DNA of 63,141 nt, counting the filler, from Choristocarpus tenellus KU-1152 (lineage: Eukaryota > Protista > Phaeophyceae): the NCBI GenBank assembly GCA_964200185.2. It is 13 parts of 13 records of this genome, joined end to end, with 100 filler letters (N's around TTAATTAATTAA, not from the genome) between each part and the next. Parts side by side here need not be neighbours in the genome. Positions count along the whole stretch, not along the records: positions 22,852 to 32,259 come from CAXNAD020003700.1; positions 32,360 to 35,226 come from CAXNAD020024089.1; positions 35,327 to 43,364 come from CAXNAD020005237.1; 10 more parts are not named here. One strand, given 5' to 3'. A model generated the notes under the pieces. The model saw only the letters and a list, made by a program, of their open reading frames with translations, had not been told where the DNA came from and did not search any database. Made by a program: the position numbers and the translations under genes. Shown here piece by piece: positions 26,503 to 39,597 of the stretch (its first letter is position 1; each line of letters opens with the position of its first letter).

Positions 26503-26975
26503 CTTCCACAGACACCACTTAATCTCAATGGGCTCTTCTTCCCCTCCTTTCTTCTATTGAACTTTGTTTTAGGGGTATGTGTACTACTCTTGATTGCCCT
26601 GCGTTACTGTTCCCTGTTATGTCTGTTGCCTCTTTCGTTGCCAATACATGCTACTACAGATACACCTTACTCCCCATACCACATCCCCTTCGTTCCACAG
26701 AGACACCTCGTCCAACTGGGCATCTCCAGACGAGAGGAGGTGTGATAAGTAGTAGTGCAACACTCCTCTCTGTCCTGTGGCGCCATGGGGCATGAATCCT
26801 GCTACAACGGTTCAAAGTATGATTCAACAAAGATATAAAATAAAAACACAATGAAGAAAAGGAAATTTTCCTTGTAGTAGTAGCAGCAATGTATAGACAA
26901 AAACAGTGTGCATCGTAGTAGACAAACCACAATAGTCCAACCTTACAATTAAGGTCAGTCAAACTCTCCATCTTG

Positions 26976-29900
26976 ATGACCAACGATAAGACCGAGGACT
27001 GGGTTAATGAATGGGAGAAGACCGTGGGATTTGGCACGGGTGCCAAGAGCATCGGACGTCTTGTGAAAGATGTAGACAAGGCTGAACGTGCTGATATGCG
27101 GAATCGTCTTCTATCAATCTTTGCTGATGCACAGGTAACCAGAGCTACTAAATGGGCGCTCGTTGCTACTCTTCAGGGTTGTGATTAATGCAGAAGTTGG
27201 CACAATAAGCTAGCCTCTTGCTTCTTATTGCTTGGTAGACAGGTCTCGATTGAATTAGCGCAAGTCGCTGTGCCGATACTTCTCGACCATCGATGAATGA
27301 ACCACAAGCGGACACAAGTGGAATGCAGTTTGATCGATTTGTATGTTTCACCTAGAATTATAACTCCTCTTAACCGTTTGACAAACTTACCTTGCTATTT
27401 GAAGCGCCACGTACGAAGTGACAAAGCGAAAGTTGTGGTTCCCTCCTCTCAACCTTTTTACCACAGTTTCTATCACGTCCCTTACCTTGTCGCCCTGTCC
27501 TGTCTCGTACCACCGCAACCCCTTTGGTCATCTTAACGCTTCCAGTTCGTGGCAGACCTGTTAAAAATGTACCGTGCAGCTGGCTGCCAATACCCTCTCT
27601 TTGCCAATCTTCGTAATGGCCTCTGGTATGGGCATACTTGGGACGGCACGTGCTATTTCAAGTCAACGGATGGTCACAGCCTCAGGTTTGACCCATATTC
27701 AGTTAGTCTAAATGCACAACAGTCACAAAAACTGCTCAGAGCATGCACTTCAAGCTCGGGCAGTAAAGATGTACTCAATTTGAAAAAATTGCTTTCATGA
27801 GATCATTGACTGTGATCAGTACCTCTTCAACAGATCTCTTATTTCATTCAGTGTTAAAGAAAAAGCTTGACTAGAAGCAGCGATATACTGCCAGGGGCTC
27901 CGCTGTGAGGGGAATTGATCTCCCGTTCCTGGAGGTGGAGTCATTGTGCTCTTGTCCTTTGGCCTTGCGCAACCGTGTCTTTACAAGAGTCTAGTAACTA
28001 TTTCTCGTGCAGATAGCATAGTTTCGAAGCCAGAAAAACAACCTAGTCTCTTCGGCCCAGTCCTATACCCCACTATTTCTCCTTGTAATCCCCTCCCCAC
28101 TCCCCAATATATGATCTATCTACAATTACTTCAAACCTTCACCCCCCTCTGACCCCACCAAAGCGGCAGTTATATTGAACCTTGTCCTGTGGCATGATCT
28201 CTGCACATTTGTTCTTTCCCATGCCATGCTACCCTCAGCTGGAGTTTCAGCTATACACGTTTCAATATTCATCTAGCTGCTGCCGCAGCTGAAGCAGGAG
28301 GGTGCATTGTTGTGGACTCCACACGTAGTGGAAAGCGTTTCCCAGACTCCTTCACTGCCACGGTGAGAAACTAGTGAGCCCCCCCAATCCCCCTGAGCGC
28401 TTTCCTTGGACTCCCAATGTACAATCGCCTTACTGTTGTAAGCAGAAGCATTGACTGAAGAGGCCATGTCGTTTCTCCTTTAGGACAGGTATCTGTGAAG
28501 AGAAGGAAACAGAAAAGAGCTGGTTCGGCTGGTCAAGCTGTCACTCAGCTGCATACACTCTGAATTGACCCCCCCCATCATTTTCTCACGGGGATTTTAC
28601 ATATTTTTGCAACTGAGCCATGTGGATGACCCTACAAATACACGTTGCGAACCCCATAAACCTTGACCCGGTTCCCCTTCTCCAATCACATTCCCTAACG
28701 CCTATGCATCAGTCACTTCCCTCTCCAGTGCCCACAAAATGTCCTATTCCCCTGATCCCCCCGTCCTGCCTTGCTGGGATCGCATACCATGTCAAAAGGT
28801 TCCCATTTGGTGCACAGTTATTAACCGCCTGGTCGCAGAGGGCAATCCAGAAGGAAAGGAGTGGGACACAGACTTGCACACCCCCAGGTACCTTCCTTTT
28901 ATTCAAGGGGGATAAAGCTGATGTTGATTTGTGCACCCCAATATTCACTCTAGGAACAACTACGAAAAGAACGATTGGCATTGATGATGTTCCGATCCAA
29001 GGGGTGCCATGGGTTGCTGCTGCTGCTGCTCCTCCTCCTCCTCCTCCTCCTGCAGCTGTTTATTTTCCCCGTAGCAACAAGAAGACTTCCATTTAGAAGC
29101 GAAAAAAAAGGGGGGATGGGAAGGGGGAGGGGAATAACAAAGAGATGTCGGTATCCGCTCTTGAGAAGTGGTTTACTATTCAAAACCTAAAAAAGGAATC
29201 AACCGATGGAAACTGATAGTACTCGTGTGGAACATTTCTTGCCTAGTATTTTTTTTGTACTAGATGTGCATACGCAATTGCTTTCTCCTTGAACAATGAA
29301 ATTTCCTCTGGTAGTGGCAAGAATTTCAACAACGATGAAAAAATAAAATAAAGCCCTTCAAATGCGGGTGTGTAAAAAAAGAATGTGACCTCAAAGACCG
29401 CGGAGGCCCCCTCCCTGTATCCTGGAAACCAGTCTGAAGGGAGCTGTACTTCTAAGTATATGCTCTGGATACTGTTCCTATGACAACACGATCACGGTAA
29501 GCTAATACATACTGCATAGAACATTCAACAAATCTGGAAGCTTGTATTGCCTTGGGTTTGGTCAGGATATTCCAGTGATGTACTCCTCACCTGTTGAAAC
29601 TTCATGTGTTTGATATGTTTAACATCGCTCGGACACTCTGATCCAAGGTTGATCAAAAATAGACCATAGAGCTATACTGGAAAGGTTCGATGGTACTGCT
29701 GTGCAGTGTCTATATTATATGACCACCAAGAAGCACATCAGGGCAGCATGTAAAGTATGCGCAGTAGGAGCTGGTAGATTCGGCTATGGAAAACTCGGAC
29801 ACATCGCTGGAGAAAGATATACAACAGGAAGGGGGTCGTTCATGTCTTGAAGGGCTGCTGCGTGGGATTCTAGGGGCCCCTGTGGTGCTCGGTAGCCCTC

Positions 29901-31110
29901 TTCAGTCTGGTGCGGGAAGTTTTGAGAGTGCTCTGTAGCGACTGGTAGCACTACAGAGCATGATTGTTAGAGTCTTATCATTTGAGGATCAAACGTCGTA
30001 AAAATAAAATAAAATAAAAACTGATCACTTTTTTTTTTTCGAAGACCAGACCACACTTGCCTCTTTCCAGAGTTGTATCAGGTACATCTTCGGTTGACTT
30101 CAAATCTGCAATTGAAAAAAAAAAAAATGTTGAGATGAGGGGGTACCAGGTTCGTCAGAATTTAGTTGTGAAGTTAAGCAAGAGCAAACTATGTTATGTG
30201 CCTGAGGATAGAGTAATGTGCCAGAGGTGTTCGATTGAGCCTTGACATCTCAAATTGGATTTTCGGGCAGGGTCAGTCAGTAGGAGAACCAAGTGGGCCC
30301 TGGTTTGGATTGCAACGCTCTTCTTTTCCCCTCCCCTGACTCTTCCAATTCACATTTCCTGCCTTGAGAAGTATGGAGCCTGGCAATCAACAAATCCTCA
30401 TCATCAGATATCGAAAAACACCGCTTGAAGATTCCCGCCCTTGTGACTCCCCAGCAAGGTATAACACCCTAACCCACCCCTTTTGTGTGTTTCATGGACA
30501 CTGCTTGTTCAGTTGGCTGAGTCCTTCTGAAGGGGACCAGATTCGGCAGAGGCTTGATGGCTGGGTTGAGGGTCTGGGGCGTGCCAAAGATGCCCTGAGG
30601 AACAGGTGTGATTGCATAAAAATACCTCCCAAAAACATCAAACTCCTTCAAACCCTGGCCTAGCCTTACACATATTCTGTTAACTCTCCTGTCTCAGAGA
30701 CTGCAGAGAAGGTAAGAAAGCGTTAACGAGAAAGTAGTGTTGTGTTACAGCATGCACCAGCAGAACATAAATGCCAAGAACAGCGCGTCAAAACGCCTTC
30801 AGCTCGTCGGTTATTGCACCCCCCAACTATCCTCCCATTTCAACCTCTGCAATACAAGTCCTGGATGATGCCATGCAACCTTGAAAAGAGTAGTGTCTAC
30901 ATCTTCCAGCATCCCTCGCCCCCCCCACGTCATTCATTGTTTGGAGTATGGCAGACTCAAAATGTTCCTGCACAAGCCACTCCGACCACTGTGGCTATGC
31001 CCAGACAGTTGTGTCGGTGTCGGAACGCTACCTGCAGCTGATACAACAACCCTGCCCTTCACACCCATCATATGTGTCTCTGCTTCCAAGGTAAATTGGA
31101 AGGGTCATCC

Positions 31111-31141
<31 letters not shown>

Positions 31142-31287
31142 AAAAAAAATTTCGATAGGTAGGGGGGGGGGGGGGGGTGGGGAGGAGGGGTTTTTGGGGG
31201 GGGGGTCCTTTATTAAANNNNNNNNNNCCCGCCCTCCGCCGCACCTCGCCCCCCCCCCCCCTCCCGTCCCTGTCCCTGGGCGGGAGT

Positions 31288-31341
<54 letters not shown>

Positions 31342-32242
31342 AGGGACTGCACAAAGAATCTGCACCGGTTGCAACATCTGAAAAGCAAGTGAGCATGGCG
31401 TGAGGTTTGCTCCCAGTATCCTTTGTGCCGAGGTGGTTGATTCGCTGTTGCAACCACCGGGACAAAGAACATGCATGCAGCCACATTGTGAGTCTGGGGG
31501 CAAGCAACTTTCATGTTCCCCTTGTTCCAACTCTCCTTCTATTATTTTCCAGTCGTTTTAGGCCTCTGGGCAATGTGTGCATTGGAAATGTTACTGTTAC
31601 AAAGCTGAGCCAAGCAAGCACATGGTGAACCTAAAGTAATGTGAAGATGTGCATCTTTCTTACACCAAAACCCCCCCTGTACAACCCCACCCTACCCTGT
31701 TTTGGGGGGGCAGATCATCTCCCGGGAGGCCCACCGCCAGCATCATTCATGGGTGTATGTTCAGGGTGCAGGGGATGACGAGGAGCACTGGTGTCGTGGC
31801 CTTACCCCAAAGGCATTCTGGGATCATTCGGAGGCGCTGGTGTATTCCGCCATGGAAAAACATGAGAGAGAGGGTTTTGATGAGACCTTGGAGGCGATAC
31901 TGGGAGAACTCCGCCAGCGCCAGCGGCTGGTTCGGCGAGGGGGGGTGGACAAGGAGATGGGGATGGAGGGGAGCACAGAAAATGGGAACAGGGCGAGAAG
32001 TAAAGAAGGGTGCTGTTTGGTCAGCAGCACGGGATCTGGCTGTGGAGATACATCTAGACTTCCTTGGTGTGCCTCCTCACAGAACGGGTGTGATACCGGG
32101 GATGAGAGGGGAAGGGGGAGGGTGAAGGGAGAGGGGGGTGAGGACCATGTGCTGTGTGGAGAAACAGGAAACCTCTTCTACTATGCGGGAGGGGATAATG
32201 AGGGGGATACTGAGGGTGTGTGTGGTGTGTTAGGAACAACTG
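26976..32242 (+). CDS. RIT1: Initiator tRNA A64-2'-O-ribosylphosphate transferase (Rit1), 5' seven exons, 3' end missing
   Basis: Exons 26976-27134, 27546-27685, 28239-28362, 28799-28887, 30513-30605, 30955-31090 and 31714-32242, phase-compatible GT-AG. Motifs: NRLLSIFADAQFV, PLFANLRNGLWY, CYFKSTDGH, GGCIVVDSTRSGKRFPDS, VPIWCTVINR, KPLRPLW, YVQGAGDDEEHWCRGLTP. Confidence 0.95.
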
Positions 32243-32401
32243 GTGAGTGGAAAAGGAGANNNNNNNNNNNNNNNNNNNNNNNNNNNNNNNNNNNNNNNNN
32301 NNNTTAATTAATTAANNNNNNNNNNNNNNNNNNNNNNNNNNNNNNNNNNNNNNNNNNNNTGGTGGGTGGGTGCGCCGGGTGTGGGTGTGGTGTGGGGGTG
32401 T

Positions 32402-32432
<31 letters not shown>

Positions 32433-32952
32433 GTAAAAAGTATGAGTGCATGGGAGATAGGGTGGATGGATAGGATGGGCAAACTGGAGTGTTGTTTAGT
32501 GTGTTTGCTACTACTTGGGAGGGGAGTGTTACATTTTTTACTCTACAACTCTGATCCACTGTACTATATCACAAGGTTGGCCTTCTGATCCCAACCCCTC
32601 TTTGACCCATTGTTCTGGGACACAGGGGCCTTGCTGTTGTGGGTATAAACTGTATGTATGTACTCCTTGACGAATGCCATTAAGTAGCTGATCTTCATGA
32701 AGGGTGTACATAAGCATTTGTAAGGCAATGCCTGGTGTGGTGCATGGTCAACATGCCCCAGGAGACAGGCGCCGAATGAACAGCAATGACGGCTCTGCCA
32801 GGTCTAATGCAGCCCAGCCGATGAAAACTATTGTCAATACCACCGTACGAGCTCGAACTCAACAACCACTGTTGGTGCCTGATGTACTTCTATATTAATG
32901 TTTATATATGTGTATGTGTGTTTTGTTGTGGTTGTTATTTGTGTTTGAAAAG

Positions 32953-33129
32953 GTACCGTATATGGGTCCACCGCTCCCGGGTCCTCCTGCCGGAGTTGTT
33001 TGTGGAGCGAATGTCTCGATCGTTTGTGTGGAACGACTGCATCTCTGGCATCATTATCAGCGCTGCCATCATATTGTCTTTCCTGTCCCTCATGACGTTC
33101 GCGGACTTCTTGGCCGATCAGATCCTGAG
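32953..33129 (+). CDS. Internal exon of a MARCH6/Doa10/SUD1-like membrane E3 ubiquitin ligase
   Basis: AAAG|G TAC...CTG AG|GTAATG boundaries. WNDCISGIIISAAIILSFLSLMTFADFL resembles the DC-G...FL...D transmembrane segment of Doa10/SUD1. Confidence 0.65.
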
Positions 33130-33677
33130 GTAATGTTGTGGTTATTGTTGTTAATATTATTATTATTATTATTATTGTAACGTACATGCAGCGAACGAAT
33201 CAAGGCGTGTGATTCGCTGGACTTCGCAAGTACAGAGTGCAGTGTGCCTTTTGTGCACAAAATAATAGAGTTTTTCGCCCATAAGAAGAGGCTTATATAA
33301 AGTTTCAAGTTGAAAGGCGCTGCATTTTGTCACTATTTCGGTTAATAATTTATTTACGTAGTCAGTTGAAGATTTAATATCCGAATCAAGAGAAACATGC
33401 TTAAAGTCAAGAGAAGGTATTTTGTTTAAGATTAAGCTGCGAAAGTAAACGCGATACTTCAACTTTGTATTCTGCCATTTTACGTAATTTGTCTATAGAG
33501 TTTGATAGATTAGGCAAATAGAAGTCTCTAGTAAGCTTTTTAACAAATAATTCTTATAGATATGTGAATAGAACTAACATTTTTTTTTTTTTGAATTTAT
33601 TTTTGATATAGTGGAATCACAATGAAGCAACCCAATTGCTATGATTCACAACACTAAATATTATTGCTGTTTTTTAT

Positions 33678-33720
33678 TGGGGTTGGGGTTAGGGTTAGGG
33701 TTAGGGTTAGGGTTGGGGTT
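33678..33720 (+). repeat. Interstitial telomere-like (TTAGGG)n; shorter tracts at about 21793-21810 and 45134-45152
   Basis: GGGTTAGGGTTAGGGTTAGGGTTAGGG. Confidence 0.7.
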
Positions 33721-35614
33721 GTGTTTGAATGTAATTGGTAGTAGTAATAATTGCTTCAGTCCACACCACTAGTTATTATTATTGCTACTACTATTATGGA
33801 GGGTTATTGTAATGGTGTAATTAATGATAGTGATACTTCAATTCATGATTCTGTTTGTTAGTGCTGTTATTATTGTTAGCGTTAATGATGATACAAATAT
33901 TGATGGCAATAATATTCGAAGACTTTTTAGAAATGGGATCAATATTGCTACATAGAAAAATTGTGCTCATATAGTGTTAAAAACAAAAGAACTTATTGTA
34001 GTCCAATGAAAAAATATTTTGAGCATTTAGAAAAAAAAAGCTCATGTTAAAAACCTTAGAAGAAATAATAAAAATATCATACATGTGGCAAAAGAGTTGC
34101 CGGAATGGTATGGCTACATATGAAAGAAACTGGTAACAGTATGAAGTATTTTCAGCATGCATATATCCACATTACGTAGATATTCAATGCTGACAGTATA
34201 CATTGTAACATCATACCAAATCACTCTTACCCCAATAGGACGGTGGGAATCTTTGAGTCGTCCTCAAAACCATTGTGCCGATGATTTTTTGGCAGTGATT
34301 GCACTGTATTGTGTTTAGCATAGGGTTAGGGAGTTAGGGCTAGGCCCTGTGTTAAAAAACCCACAAAGTAGAATTAAAAAACATTCTTTGAGCATTTTTT
34401 TTTGTTCTCCTGTACGAAATTGAAGATTTATTGACCCTTGAAAATTTGGTCCCTTTTATTAAAAAAAAAATGTGATGGAAAGTTCTGCGTCAGGAATGTT
34501 CTTATTTTGAGTTTGCTGTGAGCATTCCTCCACTGCCCGGCGAGGAATGCATTTCATAATCCTTTTGTAATAAAATTAATTTTGATATGTGATTTTTTGT
34601 GTTTGGTGATATACCGTTGATACATGTACAGTTAATAGTTCGGGCATCATTACTTTTTTTAGTTTTTAGTGTGGTTATTCATTGTAGTTTTTTTTTTGCA
34701 CAGGGTGTATACCCTGTATGGGAATAGTTGGTAGTGTTTCAATTTAAGACATGACTTCGAGTGTTACATTAATAGTGTGCTGTCCCACAAGTGAGCACCA
34801 ACCTGTTAGAGGTCTATGCCCTCAAGTAGTTGAGATGTGCCTTGAGCATTGTGTTTCTAGTCAAGTTCATTTTTTTTTGTTGACAGTGACTTGCATTGGT
34901 AAGGTACAGAGTGCATAATCCGTGAGCTCTGTTCCTCCGGTGGACTGTTATCCCTCTTGACTCTTTCCCCCCCTCCCCACCTTGTTTCCCTACTCCCCCC
35001 TTCCGTGTACCTGCTCAATATCCTCTGTACTTTGAAGGGATGACTGGGATAGAGCCGGTGTGCTTGATGGATTGAACCTAGTAGATGGCCTTGCTGAGGT
35101 GGTTGATGGATTGGCAGGAGTTGTTGACAATTGGCAAGTGGGCCCTGAGGGGGTTGAGGGGGGGGGGGAGAGGAACAGGGGTGAGGACTTGAACTTAGGC
35201 TTGGATGGCAGAGAGCAGGAGGCTCTNNNNNNNNNNNNNNNNNNNNNNNNNNNNNNNNNNNNNNNNNNNNTTAATTAATTAANNNNNNNNNNNNNNNNNN
35301 NNNNNNNNNNNNNNNNNNNNNNNNNNGGTCGTGTGAGGCTTCACACTCTCTTATCTTCACTACTGAGAAATAGCATTACCTCCCAAGGTAATTTGCACAG
35401 CATTACCCTCTAAGGTAATAGGCGATAGCAAATCACAGTGGCTCCTAACCCAACTACAATATTACCAACACATTTGGAAGGCATGGACTCGGTCCAAAGT
35501 ACTGACAAAAGAATCCCTCGAGTGTACATGTTCGATACAGATTTACGAAGAATGTGGTTTACGCTCTTACGTTAATCAATCATTGAAATAATCCACAACG
35601 GTCGATTCTCTGCT

Positions 35615-38216
35615 CTAGTTCTTACTTTGGATTTCCCTCTCCATCATATCCTTGAAACTTAGGAAACGGTGTCCATCTTCCATCTTCCACCAACCCCATA
35701 GCCTGGGCCACGTTTCTGTCATAATGTGCCACAAGTTATGAGGCGAGGAATGTCGGTCGCTCCACTCCTCTGCTTCCACACCGCAAAGGAACATGGCCTT
35801 TCTCTTGACGAGGATATTTATATCATCCATTTGCAACGTGCGTCTTGTGATCTCGCCCCGATAATGGCACCCCTTGAGGATGGCCCGGTGGACATAACAA
35901 TAATCGTCAACAACGATTGGTTTGGACTTAACCCCTGTCTTCGCCGTAACGAATCCGTGACGGTGGATCACCTGTTTAAGAACATTGGATGTTACTGTCG
36001 GGTTTCGATTTTTTAAAATGTCGCTCCTGATGCACTCCTTCTCAAAACAGTTCCTCAACAGAGCATCGGCGCAATCTTGAAGAAATTCTATAGTAATCCC
36101 ATAGTCGATCTTACCATCAGATGTGACGACGTCCCCCTCGTTTTCATCAAAGGGATCATTCCCTCGCGTACTGCCTGCACTTCCTCCGGTAAACAGGGAA
36201 AAGAGAGATAATCCGTCTTCTTCCACAACAGAGGCACCCTCATCACTCATCACTTCCCCTCTCCCATCATGGTCGTTGCGCCTTGATGGCCCCTGCTTCA
36301 GCCTTTTCCCAGGTCTTCAGATGCACTATTTTGCCCATCCGAGCTGTTGGTGTCCACCACTGAAGATGATTTCTCCACCGAGCAGGAAATTTTGCGTTTA
36401 TCAGAACCGCTCGATATTGCTTTTTTGAGACGACCTCTTCTGGTGTAGGAGTCGTTCTTTTCGTCGACATCGCTGTCCGACTCGGGGTTTGCGGCGATGT
36501 CCCCGAAGAGGTCATCATAGTAATTCACAATTGTACCGTCCGAAAGGACGGTAGAAGCGGGCCTGGACCTCTTATCATGCGGTTTCATCAAAGGCTGAAG
36601 GCTACTATCCTTTCCCTTCCCTTTGGAAGGGATACCACGTCCTGCCCCAACTTCTGCAACTATCTCTCCTCCCTCTCCTGATCCATCAATGCTGATGGGG
36701 TGTTCCTTTGTCGATTTCGACAGGCGTCGAAAATTTTCGATGCTTGAGGTAACCGTCAGGGCTCGGTTGACATCCTCAGGGTGCTGGTTGGACCCGAGGC
36801 TGAACGTCATGCTAAAGTGTCCAACAGGGTCCGAGTGCAGTTTCGCTAACCTTTGTTGGATAATCTGCGTGATCTTTTTTTGGATATCCTCTTCCTGGTG
36901 AACTGCCTTGGAAATCCCTCCGGTCCCAGACAAGAGAAGCGCCACCTCGCCAGAATCTTGGATAGGCAGGAGGTAGAAGTATACAAAAGATCAAGAAAAT
37001 TTCATTGGATGAAACATTGGAAGGGGTTATATAGCGTTAAGGAATGTGGTGGGCTTGTGAATATTGCTCATTATGTTTGATGTAAGTGCCTACCAACTTG
37101 AGCCACAGAGTATCACAATGCGAATGAAAGCGTCAAAATAATCAACCTCTTAGACTTACGGAATAACACCACACCAACGTAAAAGGATAGGATCAGAGTT
37201 GAGGTGTGCGGCGACTTTTTTCAGCGCCTGCAGTTTGAATTGTGCTGTGCTTAGTGTGTACATGATCACAGCACCAAGCACTCGACACACTTTTGCAAAG
37301 CCATGTACATAAGACCTGCTTAAAATAACATATGCGTTTATCCTGTTCTGATGAATGTTCAAACAAAGCCGCGGAACACTGGTTCCAAGGTATATGAGTT
37401 ACCATAAACGGTGCCCCTTAAAATACTTTAAATTAACATAAACTGGATATTTTGAAGAAGTAAGGAACGGGGCAAGGGTTGTCCTGAAGTCAATTTCTGA
37501 TGCAAGGAAAACACGCAAGAGTTGGCGAACACACTACGGTTATCCCAATATTATGGTCACCTGTCCCGTCAGTGTCATCTTGGAGGAAGGCTACATCCTT
37601 GGAGTTGTTGACGATCTTCAGGAAGAGATCACTGTTCTCCACTCCTCGTAGTACGAGATGTGACTTGAAGTGTCTCGTTTCAGCATTTATAAAAAAGGAT
37701 AACGACATGGGATCGGCACGTCCGGAAATATCAGGCATGGTACGGTGAACAATGAAAAAGGTTAACCTCAATGAAAAGGACAGATGGTGGACATAATGAT
37801 TTTGAACCTCACCGCTTGTGCAAAGAGTTGTACCTCCGCATGAAGGAGATATTTGGCCTTCTCATTCTTTTTGTTAGTTTTATTGGGAGCTTCGATCTCC
37901 TCGTCTTGGTCCTCCTCCTCCAATAGAATTCCCCCTTCTTCCCCGCGCTTCAGCTCTTCCACAATCTGATGCGCGACATGCTTGACAGCGCCTTCAATGA
38001 GCACCTCTTTCAGGTGCATTCTTCTCTTGAAAGCAGTCTCTTTGTTGGGGTTGTCCAGTAGAGGATCGGCATCTCCTCCCCCGGAGCTCGAGGTCGGGGT
38101 TATATTCTTGGAATCTTTCAAGCGTTTTCTGGACTGTTTTTGGTTCCTAACACCCCGAAGAGTCTTGGAGAACTGAGGGAGGGGGGAGGACATAGACGCA
38201 TCAGCTGGATTCATCA
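35615..38216 (-). pseudogene. Unknown spliced gene carried within the transposon, apparently frameshifted
   Basis: Chain of long protein-like ORFs 37768-38295, 37490-37771, 37156-37405, 36298-36945 and 35615-36253, with GT donors (e.g. GCG|GTGAGG about 37813, CC|GTAAGT about 37159). There is a frame change between 36298 and 36253. No family recognised. Confidence 0.5.
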
Positions 38217-38225
38217 TAAAGGCAG

Positions 38226-38289
38226 GTGGGCATAGGTAGGTGTGGGCATAGGTAGGTGTGGGCATAGGTAGGTGTGGGCATAGGTAGGT
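38226..38289. repeat. Perfect 4 x 16-bp tandem repeat GTGGGCATAGGTAGGT
   Basis: Four exact copies, immediately upstream of the minus-strand cargo gene. Confidence 0.95.
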
Positions 38290-39597
38290 GGACATAACGA
38301 AGGGTCTTGATGACTTCCATAAGGAAACGCAGTGTTATGGGCGATTTCCAAATGGGAACCGTTGTTTTTGCACTCCCAACAGGTGGTACACGTTTTACTT
38401 CTGGAGTTCATATTGTCCAAGGTGAGAACTTAGTCCTTGACATTATCGATCTCTCTGTGTGCACAAGTAAGGTCAACAATTTCTTCATCCATAACATTTT
38501 TCATCTCTCGTACTGATGGTGAATTCAGTAAAAGGTAAACAATTCCTTAATCCTTTCAATGCTTTGTCTGTAGGACTGATTGTGGATTTACTTCAACAGG
38601 AATAAAAAATCCATATTCCTTTACATTTTAAGTCTGTTAGAATGGTGGTGAATTGGGAGGTCAAGAGTTTCTTGTCATCCTCCACATTTTCGATCTCTAA
38701 GGACGATGCCGAACTTTTCCAACGGCGAACGAAATCATCATCCCCCTCGCATATTTCATCTTCACCACTTATAATGAAAAAATCCAAGGTCAACAATTTT
38801 ACAATCTTTATAAAGGTAACGTTTGTAAGATTGCTTGTGAACTTGGTCCAAGGTGAAAATTCTTCGATGTACTAAATTTTCTGTCTCTATGAATTATAGT
38901 GAACCCACTTTGAGGTGATGATTTATGTGGAGTCTTTCCATTTTCGATCTTTGCGACCCTTATGAACTTACTCGGAGGAGAACAATTTATTCATCCTTTT
39001 AAAATTTAATCTCTGATCATTGTGGTTAATAAATTACAAGACAATGAATTTGAAACTGCACTTCTTAGGTCTTAAGGGCTGATGGTGAATTTAGTCCGAT
39101 ACTATAAATTTTATCATGGGCGTAATGAAGTAAAGGTCATGCTCACCCATTTGTTTATTGTACCCTTTTTCCCATTTTGTGGGATGTACATCAGGGAGAG
39201 TGTGTCCGCTGGTAGTCCAGCCGCTGCCTCCTTTACGAAGACGTTTGTGGCCATTTGGACTATATCTGACCAGTTATGATCTTGAGGCATGTCGTCTCCC
39301 AACATCTGCAGCCCTTCCTGTCCCACCAGAACATCCCGGCATATGAGACGGAAGTATTCTTCTCTGAGGGTTGACCACATCTGTCAATGGACGGACAGGA
39401 AGAAATTGTTACAGGTCTTAGCAAGACGAGGTAAGATGATTCGGTCGTGATCATGCACATACTACCCACGTTATCATTTTTTGTAACAAGCCTCATGTAC
39501 ATGCCCAATCGCCTGTAACCTCTGTCTCACCAGAAAGAGAGGAGGAGTTTGCAGACCTTCCAATCCAAGTTCGCTGCGCAGTTGGAAAAAGAAGAAG

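Noticed and set aside
31028-31530. Poly-Pro/poly-Gly ORFs (also near 23411-23684, 54545-54822, 55114-55543)
   Set aside because: They are translations of poly-G/C tracts, often next to gaps or within introns.
32834-33187. 118-codon minus-strand ORF
   Set aside because: It is the antisense shadow of the plus-strand MARCH6-like exon.
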